NCBI GenBank assembly: GCA_030704615.1
Contig: CM060731.1
Coordinates: 45,198,001-45,262,000, forward strand
Reading direction: 5' to 3'
Source of the DNA: Takakia lepidozioides
Taxonomy: Eukaryota; Plantae; Bryophyta
DNA length: 64,000 nucleotides
The position numbers and the translations under genes are program-made. Below are positions 53,451-64,000 of this stretch, in pieces. The stretch's first letter is position 1; each line of letters begins with the position of its first letter. Under the pieces are notes generated by a model, which saw nothing but the letters and a program-made list of their open reading frames with translations, was not told the DNA's origin and made no database searches.

Positions 53451-56400
53451 ATGGGGTCGGGCAAGCCAAAGCGAAAGCGGAACGGCCCAAAAGATGATGA
53501 TCCTGGTGAGCCCGATGGGGGCGACGTGTCACCGAAGCGGCCGTTTGAGGAAGCGACGTAGGTTTCTGAAAGCGAGGCCGCTCAAGAGCGGGAGGAATCC
53601 GAGGAGTCGGAGCCCGAGGAATCTGTGAGAGCTCCGACCGACCAACAGATGCCTCCCATGCCGGCAGCCTTTTGGGAAGGGTTGTTGGCGCAGTTTGGCG
53701 GGAGAGGGTTCAAGGAATTGATGAAGAGACAGTTTGTGCCCCTCAACGCGTCCTGGCTTGCCCGGGACAAGATGAGGAATTTGAAGCAAACAGATGACAT
53801 TCGGGGGTATGTCCAGGCTTTCAATATGCTGTTGCTCGAAGTCGCGGACATGGCAGAACCAGAAATGGTCTTCAACTTTGTGGTGGGACTGGCCCCATGG
53901 GCCAGGCGGAAGTTGGAGGAGAAGCCACCCAAGACTTTGAACGAGGCAATTGAGAGGGCTGAATGTTTCTCGGATGTCCCTAGGGGTGAGAGACAAGGCC
54001 GTACGGAGCTGAACCACAAGAAGACCCGGCGGGAAGGTGACTCCTTCCGACCGGAAAAGAAGTGGGATAGGCCACGCGGCGACAATGGCACGTGGAAATC
54101 GAAGGGAGGGCCTTCACACGTCAAGGCGGCACCCGGTGCTTTGAAAGGAAAAGCGGGTGGAGCGGCTTATGGCGGATAGAAGGCAACCTTTGATGGAGTG
54201 TGTTTCAATTGCGGGGAGCCCGGGCACATGGCCAAGAAGTGCACGAAACCTCGACAATTGAACATGACTCGGGCAACCACGGAGCTGTCGGAAGATACCA
54301 TCAGTCGCTTGGTGGAAGCGGTGGTCGCCAGGACTTGCAAGGTAGGCAACTATTCTTGTGAGTTGTATCAGGAAACTTGCGCCCTGCGTAAAGGGAGTCA
54401 GTTATTGTTCGTGGATGGGATAATATCCGGAACTAACGTGTCGTTGTTGGTGGACACAGGAGCGTCGCACTCCTTCATGACGCCGGCGGCGGCGCGAAAG
54501 TTGGGATTTCCGACGAGTGACGTGGGGGCCTCTATTGAGGTGCGTCCTGCCAAAGGAGAACCACAGTTGGCGACAAGGTTGGCGTTTGATGTTCCTCTTC
54601 AACTGGGAGTTGGGAGGGACGTGAGAACTTCACCATCTGCGAGATCGATGGAGTGGATCTCATTTTGGGGATGACCTTTTTGAGCAAATCCGGAGCGGTC
54701 ATAGATGGCCGCAAGAGAGTAGTCACGCTGCCATGTGGGAATGGTGGCGAGGCCTTACGAGTGTCGGAAACGCCCAAATCCGTGGGAGGGCAAATAAACC
54801 TTCTATCAGCAAGGGAGTGGGCCGTGGAGGAGGCACACGAGCCCCAGTTTTTGCTTTACATTAGAGAAGTGAAGGGAGAAGGCGATGGGGAGCCGAGCCC
54901 AGATTGGATCAAGGGGATCTTGGAGAAATACTAGGATGTGATGCCGGAGGATTTACCAAGCGGCTTGCCACCGCGAAGAGGAGTTGACCACAAGATTGAG
55001 GTGATACCGGGATCGGAACCGCCTGCCAAGGCACCCTACCGGTTGAGCCACAGGGAGTTGGTCGAGCTGAAAACTCAGCTCAAGGATCTAATGTCAAAGG
55101 GGTATATCCGGCCGAGTAAGTCACCTTACGGAGCCCCGGTGCTATTCGCAGACAAGAAGGATGGGACGCTGCGGATGTGTGTCGATTATAGGGCTTTGAA
55201 TAAGGTGACTATTAAAAACCGGTACCCTTTGCCAAGGATCGACGACCTTTTCGACCGGTTGGCAGGAGCAAAGTATTTCAGCCGGATCGACTTGCGCTTC
55301 GGCTATCATCAAATTCGGGTGGCGGAAGGAGATGAGGAGAAGACCGCGTGCAGGACAAGGTATGGTTCTTATGAGTTCTTGGTGATGCCTTTTGGCCTCA
55401 CTAATGCACCGGCGACCTTTAGCACGCTGATGAACAGCCTTTTTCAGGAGTGGTTGGATGACTTTGTGATCGTGTACATCGACGACATCTTGGTGTACTC
55501 GAAAACAAAGGAGGAACACCTGGAGCACCTCAAAAGGGTGTTCCAAAAGTTGCGGGAAGGGAAGCTGTACGCCAAAGCTTCAAAATGCGAATTCGGGGTC
55601 ACGAAAGTGGAGTTCTTGGGGCATGTGATTACACAGGATGGGATCAAAATGGATGACAGAAAGGTGAGGGCGATCTTGGACTGGGAGCCTCCGACTTCGG
55701 TCCCGGGAGTGCGATCCTTCCTAGGACTCGCCTCCTATTACCGGAAGTATGTGAGAAATTTCGCCAAGATTGCGGGGCCACTGTCAGACCTTCTGTGTAA
55801 ATCTAAAGTCTGGGCATGGAACACTTTTTGTGGCCAAGCTTTTGCTGAATTGAAGCAGCGGATGGCGGAAGCTCCAGTCTTGAAAATCCTGGAGTTCGAT
55901 CGTCCGTTTGAGATACATACAGATGCGTTGGACTTCGCGATTGGGGGTGTACTGATGCAAGATGGACGTCCAGTGGCTTACGAAAGTAAGAAACTGAATG
56001 AAGTGGAGCGACGGTGGCCGACACACGAAAAAGAGATGAAGGCGGTGGTGCACTGTCTTGAGCTTTGGCGCCACTATGTTGGTTCCAACCCAGTGAAGGT
56101 GTTCACGGACAATGTCACGGTGAAGTATTTTGCCACGCAGCCCAAGTTGTCCCCAAAACAACTTAGGTGGCAAGATACTTTGGCGGTGTTCGACGTGGAT
56201 ATCCAGTACAAACCGAGATGAGACAACGTGGTGGCCGATGCTTTAAGTAGAAAGCAGCAGCTCTTGTTGGTGTACAAGGGCGAGACGGCGCTCCAAAGGA
56301 AGATCCGGAAGGCTTGCCGGAAGGATGAGCTGGCGAAGTCCGTGATGCAGGACTTGAGGATGGGGGTTAAATAGCAGTTCCACTTGCAAAATGGACTGCT

Positions 56401-57742
56401 CCGGAATAAGCAAAAACGTCTCTACGTGCCGAAGGGAGGGATTAGAGATAGTCTCTTGAGAGAATGCCATGATAGCCCGCTTGCGGGCCACGGCGGAGCC
56501 AAGCGCACTGCGGCACTCTTGAAGAAAGAGTATTTCTGGCCCAAACTGAGGGAGGAGGCAGAGGAGTATGTCAAGACATGCACCACATGCCAACAAAACC
56601 GGAGCGAGTACAAAAAGCAAGCGGGGCTGTTACAACCCTTGCCGATTCCAGAGGGGACTTGGGAAAGCGTCTCGATGGATTTCATGACTGCTATGCCGCT
56701 GTCAAAAGGATTCAATGCAATCATGGTGGTGGTGGATAGGTTCAGTAAAATGGGCCATTTCATCCTCACCAAGGAGACGGCAACGGCGCAGGAGACAGGA
56801 CGACTTTACTTCGCCCACGTCTTAAAGCATCATGGAGTCCCGAAGGATATTGTCTCGGACCGCGATCCAAAGTTTACGAGTAAATTTTGGAGGGCACTCT
56901 GAAAGAAGATGGGGACGAGGCTGAAGATGAGCACCGCCTTCCGACCTACGACCGACGGCCAAACAGAAAGAGTGAATTCCGTAGTGAAGCAGATCTTGCG
57001 GAATTACGTGTAGGCAAACCAAACAGACTGGGTGGAACACTTAGACGCGGCAGAGTTCTGTTATAATAACACAGAACACTCAGCAACGGGAGTTTCCCCT
57101 TTCGTATTGGTCTATGGAAAAGCACCTCTGGTGCCGACAAGTTGGGCCGCCCAGGACGTCGAAGAACCGGCAGTAGTGGCGGTACTGGAAGAACGCGAGC
57201 GTTTGTTGAAGCTCGCAAAGTACAACATTGCCAAAGCCAGGAAACGGTATGAAAGGCAGGTGAATCGGAAGCGGAGGGAAGTGAAATTTGAGGCAGGCAC
57301 AGAGGTCTGGTTGAACATCAAGAATTTCCGACTACCTCCGGAAGTCAGTCCGAAGTTCGTACCTCCGTATGCGGGACCCTTTCGCATTCGGAAGGTTATG
57401 AATGAGGATGTGTATGAATTGGAGCTGCCGGCAAACAGCAAGGTGCACCCAGTATTCTATGTCTCCCTTTTGAAGCCTTACTTCAAAGATGAAGCGCGTC
57501 CGAATTGGCACCAAGTGTTGCGTCCGCCATCTATGCTGTTGGATCATGAGAATGAACCTGAGTACGAGGTGGAGACAATACTTAAGTCAAGGAGGTTCAG
57601 GAACCGAGAAACGGAGTATCTCGTCAAATGGAAGGGCTATCATCAGGTGGAGGCATCTTGGGTGCGTGCCTCAGAAATGGGAAACGCATCCAAGGCGGTC
57701 GCAGTTTTCGAAGGGCCACCTCAAAAACGGAAGAAGAGTTGA
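53451..57742 (+). pseudogene. gag-pol of the Galadriel-like element (gag, CCHC, PR, RT, RH, IN, chromodomain), disabled
   Basis: [46 protein letters not shown]...CTTC and EYEVETIL...YLVKWKGY; 7 premature stops and a frameshift near 54610. Confidence 0.93.
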
Positions 57743-57966
57743 TGGGGACATCAACCTTGGAGCGTGGGGGAGGAAATGCATGCTTAGCCCGGCTTAGCTA
57801 GCTTAGGAATCCGATTACAAAAACTTGTATTCTACAAAAATTTGTTATAAAGGAAATGGGTTCCAAATGTTGTGCGTCCTATTTTGTTTGGAATGGTGAT
57901 GCATGGTATGGTTGGCTAGTGTGTAGAATGCATGCTAGCTTATAAAAGTGGGAGAGGTAAATTGGG

Positions 57967-58581
57967 TTAATCGTGTGTTTGCGTAGTGCCGAAATCGGGT
58001 GACCCCCATCCAAGGGGCAAGGATACTTGCGACTTCTTTGGGAGTTCACGTGCTAGTGCGCACCTGGCGCGTGCGCGTACTATAACTGCGCTACCGATTC
58101 CGTTCACGTACTATAATCGTGTAGCCTCGGGACGAAGTCGTAGTGCGGCTTCGGCGTGTTCCCGTACCTCAGGCCGGCATTCCAAGGCGGACCCAATTGT
58201 AGTGATTGGGTCGCACGGTTGGTTCAAGGTTATCTTCCTAGTCAAAGAGGGTTCCAGGGAACCCTTGCTCAAGGTGATGCCAAAAGCGGCATCATGAGCG
58301 ATCGCAAGCAATGTTGTTGCAGTAAGGCGATTCGATCCTCGGGGAGGATCGTTCCTTGGCCTTGAAGTAGGCCAAGAAGAGTGCACTGGGAAGAGCTGGA
58401 GAGGCTCCACCCTTGGCCGGGACTTGGAGGAAGTCGGCCGAACTAGCTAGTGGAGAGTAGAGTCAAGTGTGGGGTTTGGTTCTTTACCATGGGACGCCAT
58501 GGTGCGGAAACAAACTCCTTGATGTGGGACACCACAACTTGGATGTTCGTTTCTACAAAATGGACAAGTCGATGAGGACAT
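57967..58581 (-). pseudogene. Candidate antisense accessory ORF of the chromovirus (205 codons, two internal TAG)
   Basis: ATG at 58581 just inside the 3' LTR; a single frame runs to TAA at 57967, interrupted only by TAG at 58447 and 58111; begins MSSSTCPFCRNEHPSC. Confidence 0.4.
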
Positions 58582-59675
58582 CGACTCCCTGTTGGTAGGG
58601 GTGTGTGTCGCGGCCCTTTGCCTTGAGGGCAGGGGGTCGGGACACATGAGGAGCTGCCCCTGTGGTGGGGGCAGCGGCAGCGATAGGTATGGGGGGCTGA
58701 AGCACCCTTGAGTGCCCAAGGCACTCAAAGAGGCGGAGGCGCTCACTAGGTGGAGCCCCGCACACCGGGTTGCGGTGGGGGTGGCTCCACAAGGGGTGGT
58801 GGTAGCTTAGCGGGACTTAGTGGGGGTGGCATAGGACTCACCATGGGGGCGGAGACCTCGTGGTGGGAGTCGTGGGGAGTCTTGGGACTCATCACGGTCC
58901 ATAAGGGCCGTGGTGAGTGGGCCAAGACTCACCGCGACTCATCACCGGGAGTCGAGGGTTTTCGTGGTGGTTCGCCATAAAATGGCATGGCTGGTTGTGA
59001 AACCCCCGCGGACAGCTACAGAAGTATATATAGGGAGTAGTAACCCCGAGAACGGTGCAAGCCCGTTGGTGACCAAAAACTAGTGAGTAAGCGAGCGAGC
59101 CGGAAAGCGACCAAAGAGTGGGGAGCTGTTCCGGACTGCCATCTACCAAAAGGAATTCCACTAGTCCCAAATAGGTGGAGGGTTTAGTGGGAAGCGAAGG
59201 GGGACCGTTATGTCCCGGTGAGCAGCCGAAGCTCCAAGTTGGCCCGGCGGCCAGGTTGGGAGTCAGGCGCGCGCATCAAAGCGAGTAACTATGACGTGAA
59301 GGGGAGCTTACCGAAGGGAGGTGCGCGACACTAGAGGTGGGATTCATATTGCCAGTATAATCACGTTACACGACAATCTTCAAATCCCTATCTCCCCTAT
59401 CCACAAATGCTTTAAAGCCATTTACCTCACTACCCTCCGCTCCCTCACTGCCATCGTCACCAATAAGCGACAACTCGAGTCCAACCCCTCTGCGGCATCC
59501 CAGGTATCCTGGAGTACCCCCGGGTACGCTAGGCACCATCCCCTATATACTACTTCTTCCTGGTTACCGGTGTCCCCGTTCTCTTTATAGGGCCCACCCC
59601 GGAAAGGGGGAAGTAGCCGTCAGACGAAGTGGCTCTTAGTTACGGCGGCTTTGGCCGGAGTCTTCTCTCTCTCTA

Positions 59676-61033
59676 GCCTTAAGGGAGGCCTCGAGGCTGT
59701 CCAAATTGGATAGAATCCAAGAGCATGATTCCCAGTTTGCGCGTTCCTTGGCTAATGTTCCACGAAGACAATGGAATGAGACCGGAGATCTCTTCAACGA
59801 TCCATGTGTTGTAGTTCCAGACACACCCTTGACCACGACAGACAAACTAGGAGTTGGGGCAGAGGATAAAGGAATTCTGGAACTGGCTCAGAGCTGGATA
59901 GGGTCACCTTCTGCAACGACGCCAGTATCAATGATGGTCCATGATTCCACTAGCAGTAGACATTTTGGAGGAGTGAGAGGCTTGCACGTTGTGAACAATC
60001 AGAGGACCCCAACGATTTTACTTCCATGCAGGACCGTGAGAATTGAACCCTGGGAAGAGGAGAAAGGAAAGAGACCCATGGATGAAGACTCTCTTGAATT
60101 TCTAGAAGGCCTTTCGGTTGGTGAAGTTGTCATGACTTCGCAAACAGAAGCTGCACAAAATCTCCGGGACTTGTGGAACTCCTTGAGCAGTGGGCACCAG
60201 GAATTCTGCCAGATTTGCACGGAAGAAAAATCTGCTACGAGTTTTCTCAATGTGGAAGGTAATTTAACTGAATCATAATGAGGCTCTGACATGAAGCCCT
60301 TGAGCAACCTGCACGTCCCCACGAAGTCCAACTAGCATTACGTTCATCTGGTGCATGCATGCAGAAGGATTGCAATGAGGTCTACAGTCTGGTCCGAGTC
60401 ATTAATTCATCGGATCATCCTGGAGGTAATTAACGCTCTATGTACGTAACAAAGTATGTAACCAAGTTTGTAGGTGCAACATTCGAATTCTAATCTCCAG
60501 GCAGATTGTCAACATAGATTTTGTGCCAGCTGCATTTCCAAGCATGCGGAAACCCGCTGTCGAAGTGGTCAGCTATCTGTAACCTGTCCTTACGTGGGTT
60601 GCCTCAATATTCTGACCCTCAATCAGTGCTCAGCACTTCTTTCTTTGGAGTCATTCCGAATACTGACCACACGACAGACTGAAGCCGCGATCCCCGAGAC
60701 AGATCGGCTGTACTGCCCTTACCCTGACTGCTCAAGCCTTATGGTAAAGCCAGAAATCAACTTTTCGAGTCGGTCAAGTAGCTCAGCACACCCGCATACA
60801 ACTGCTGTGGGGTGCGTTGAATGTGGGGCTTGTCATCTTGCGTTCTGCATGGAGTGTTCTGTGCCCTGGCATGGAGAGCTCACCTGTGCTGAGTTTCAAG
60901 ACGAAATGATGACTCCGGGGGCCTATGGAGATAAGAAATTGCTGCAATTAGCAGAAAGTCGGAAATGGCAGCGATGCCAAAAATGTTCTCGAGTTATTGA
61001 GCTCAGCTCGGGCTGCAACCACATTACCTGCTT
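59676..61033 (+). pseudogene. RBR (RING-IBR-RING) E3 ubiquitin ligase, truncated at both ends; exons ~59676..60258 and 60505..61033
   Basis: N-terminal HD..FA..L..+P...W...GD.F..P motif; RING1 CQIC...CQHRFCASC...CPYVGC; IBR YCPYPDC...CGAC...FCMEC..PWH...C; RING2 CQKC...GCNHITC. No ATG exon (the frame abuts the LINE tail), and no final C..EFCY exon was found before the UGT. Confidence 0.8.
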
Positions 61034-61844
61034 GTGAGCAACCTCCCACATGAAAAATCTTCCCTGTGCTTTGCCATTTTGCGGACTGAAAGCTAGTACA
61101 AAATTTAAGAAGTGTTTAAGAAGTGTATTTGGAATCATCTACCTTTCGGATCTCTCTCTTTACCTCTCTTTCATCTCTCGTGGAAGATGAGATGACCAAA
61201 AATTTCCCCATTCCATGTTGATAACCTGCTACCTCCTTGATCAGCTATGCTTCTCTCATTAATGATTATCATACAAGATGAAGATGGGATCGTGGGAAAC
61301 CCGACAGGTCAGGGCAAACATGAGGACACGGTTGAAGCAGCCAGAAGCCCAGGTCATGATAGGCGGCTATTTATATGACTGCCGAGATGTTTCCGCCCCA
61401 GTTTGTTGACGATTACGATGCATCCATGCTTTCAATAGACGGTGTGGATGTGTGACCTAAAATAGACGGTGAAGATTGGAAAGTGTGGAATTCAAATATA
61501 TCTCGCACTTGGCGGCAATCATGGCCATCCGCACTGTCGACAGTGGGGATGGAAACCATTGGAAAGAGCAGGTAATCGGAAAAAAGAAAAAACATACGAA
61601 TAAGAAAAGAAAACAAAAAACAAAAAAGAGCTCGTTAGGAACTTAGGACGACCTGCGGCCGGGAGCGACGCAGGGTGACGGACGTGAGAGAGGAGCGGCC
61701 GGGCGGGGGACCTCGGAGGTCATCAAATGGAATGAAATGTCGAGCAAGTGCTCTCACCCCGAGGGGTGCCCGTGACTGATCATGCGAGATCACATCTTGC
61801 ATACTAGAACATAGCCAATCTGTTCGACGATTTGCTTTCCTCCA

Positions 61845-63331
61845 ATGGCTCTACATTCCTCTCCCCATGTTCTCATGCTGCCGTGTCCGGTCCCTGGACA
61901 CTACATTCCCATACTACAGATTGCTAAGCGGTTACTTGCGAACGGAATCACCATTACCTACGTGAGTACAGACCAGCATATTACAGAACTACAGACAAGC
62001 GCGATTGGACAGGAGTTCAGCTCCTTGGGCTTGCGGTTAGTGAAGCTTGGGGACGGGATGTCGGTGTCAGCGAAAGAGTTCCTGCTACCCTACATGCAGT
62101 CGGGATTGGAGGAAAAACTGACTGGACTGTTGGAGGCAGTCATAGTAGATCTGAACATGACATCTGCTCACATAGATGCTCCTTGCTGCATTCTTGCGGA
62201 CCTCTTTCCATCCTGGGCTCAGGACGTGGCCTACAAGTTCCGCATTCCAAGGCATGTCATATCTACCTGTGCAGCGGTGACTGTAGCCCTCGACTTCCAT
62301 GTAATATTCCAACCAATTGAAGGAAACCGAGAACAGCTTGAGCAGTCCTGCATGTTAAAATTGATAGACCGTTCTTCGTGATGTACTAATTTTTTTCTGG
62401 TTACAAACCACAAGGACGAAATGCAAACAACGCTCTAGTTTCACTAGCATATTGAAATTTGAATAGAGGTCCGTGTGCAACAGCTGTTGTTGGACCGTTT
62501 TAGACTCACACATATGTCCCATTCGTTCATTGCTGGCAGATCGAAAGGCTTGTTGCAGAGGGTTATGTACCTGTGACCTCTCTGAACCAGTCAAAGCTCA
62601 TAACATGCATTCCAGGAGTCCGAGTGCTGAAACCGTTAGACCTCCCACCCGATTTCCACAATCCCGATCAGTACAAGGATTCAGTCAGGAGTCATAAGCG
62701 CATTAACGAGGCATCAGTGGTTCTGGTCAACACTGCTAATGACCTGGAAGGGACAGTCCTGGATGCCCTGAAGACCCAAGTCATCGGCACAGACTCGAAA
62801 GTGAAGGTTTGTTTTTGGTTGTGTAACTTCACGCATGTTCCATGATTAGGTCATGCACCTGTACCAGTTGAAGACCTCCATTTTCCTTGTCACTTTTCAG
62901 CACTCTTTTCAGCCTACTCGGATGACCTTTTCCAAGGATCCAGCCTTCCGGATCTATGGCCACCATTCCATTCACAGTTTAACTTACGAACTCTATCTAC
63001 TTTCTGCAGACACGGACTATCTTGGAGATTGGTCCATTAATGCAACCAGAGTCTGAAGTTTTGAATCCTCATGAGGCACCCAATCATATCACACAAAAAG
63101 CAGTCGAAGAGCGGGATCCATGCGTGCACTGGCTGAACAGACAAGCTCCTTCTTCAGTTCTTTTCATTTGTTTTGGGACCCTTGCCACCATTTCAGCACC
63201 ACAAATCCTGGAGCTGGCACAGGGACTCGAAGCCAGCAAGCAACCTTTCTTATGGATAATGCGGACGCCAAATGCTGCCACTGCATCTCCTTCATTGATA
63301 GCACCGTCCATCACAGAACTCCTCCCTTCAG
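61845..63331 (+). CDS. Family-1 UDP-glycosyltransferase, 5' part; join(61845..62300,62540..62806,63010..63331); the rest, including the PSPG box, is presumably beyond the window
   Basis: PHVLMLPCPVPGHYIP (catalytic His), CILADLF.SW, VLVNT..DLE, IGPL, WLNRQAPSSVLFICFGT and LAQGLEASKQPFLW; GT-AG introns in phase. Confidence 0.9.
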
Positions 63332-63419
63332 GTATCCTCCACAAGAAACATCAATTGGTGGAATTCAACATAGGATTGCATGCTTCACATGCAAAGTGAG
63401 ATCTCAGTAGGATTTTGCC

Positions 63420-63975
63420 TTTTGCTGGTGCAATTCAACATACAGAGAGCTCTGCAACGGCTATTAAACCATCAGTTTCAGCAACCCAGTTTTGTCATGT
63501 ACAAGGACATATCATGTCTGCTGTACATTATAAATTTCACCTAGATTTGTGTGAGAAGAACGGACTTCATACTTTGTAAAGTGGGAGAATCATAAACTAG
63601 ATGGAGGACTACAAGTGCTGCCAATGGTTACAATCCTGAACAAATGTCTCTAGGGTAAGTGATGGACGGATTCAGTAATGGAGGATGGAGGATTCGGGAA
63701 TCCCGAATCCTTGGTTTTGCTGGTGTAATTCAACATACAGAGCTGCAATGGCTAAACCATCAGTTCCAGCAACCCAGTTTTTGGACCACATTCCAGGACA
63801 TATTACTATGTAGACCTGAACATTGTACATAAATGTCACCTAGATTTGTGTGCTGAAGAAGAGCAGACCTCGTAAGTTTTGTAAAGGGGGAGAATCATGA
63901 ACTAAATGTGGGATTAGTGCTGCTAATGGATTACAATCCCGAACGTTACTAGGGAAAGTGATGGTTGGATTCCCT
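63420..63975. repeat. Diverged ~295-bp tandem duplication in the UGT intron with a hairpin at the junction
   Basis: TTTTGCTGGTGYAATTCAACATACAGAG...CACCTAGATTTGTGTG...GGGAGAATCAT occurs at ~63420 and ~63715; AGGATTCGGGA-A-TCCCGAATCCT lies at ~63689-63711. Confidence 0.85.
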
Positions 63976-64000
63976 AGTACCAAAATGCTTTAAGAGAGAG

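Larger units (their letters stand above)
52671..59330 (+). mobile_element. Full-length Ty3/gypsy chromovirus (Galadriel-like), 6660 bp
   Basis: 725-bp LTRs at 52671-53395 and 58606-59330 (TG...CA, about 6 mismatches); TSD CTAGA; tRNA-iMet-like PBS TGGTATCGGAGC at 53398; G-rich PPT before 58606. Confidence 0.97.
52450..59674 (+). mobile_element. Second RandI/Dualen-like 3' fragment (about 52450-52670 plus 59336-59674), split by the LTR element
   Basis: IHFVEFTYCNNRY...IITTGTR|GGIH... is colinear with 47530-47830, and has the same structured 3' tail at 59589-59674. Confidence 0.8.

Overview
This is eukaryotic nuclear DNA from a land plant, most likely a non-seed plant (bryophyte or lycophyte). 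That call is inferred from the spliced genes, Tcn1- and Galadriel-like chromoviruses, an intron-rich UGT and a RandI/Dualen-like LINE. Host genes: SRP9 (4 exons, minus strand) head-to-head with a conserved plant protein carrying a Q-rich repeat tail; deoxyhypusine synthase (7 exons); a DUF4228/PADRE gene; a TE-truncated RBR E3 ligase; the 5' part of a UDP-glycosyltransferase; and a decayed minus-strand gene at 0.7-7 kb. More than half of the window is mobile DNA: a 6.6-kb MULE (SWIM transposase plus Ulp1), two TTAA-flanked piggyBac-like MITEs, two stacked hAT MITEs, an L1 remnant, several tRNA-derived SINEs, and a 16-kb nest of RandI/Dualen-like LINE and chromovirus copies. The most striking signal is a RandI/Dualen-like LINE system. 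It has RT, a PCIF1/CAPAM-like methyltransferase-like domain, RNase H and a restriction-like endonuclease, and its structured 3' tail recurs four times, once as the tail of a tRNA-headed SINE with its own TSD. All calls are by eye; no database searches were run.
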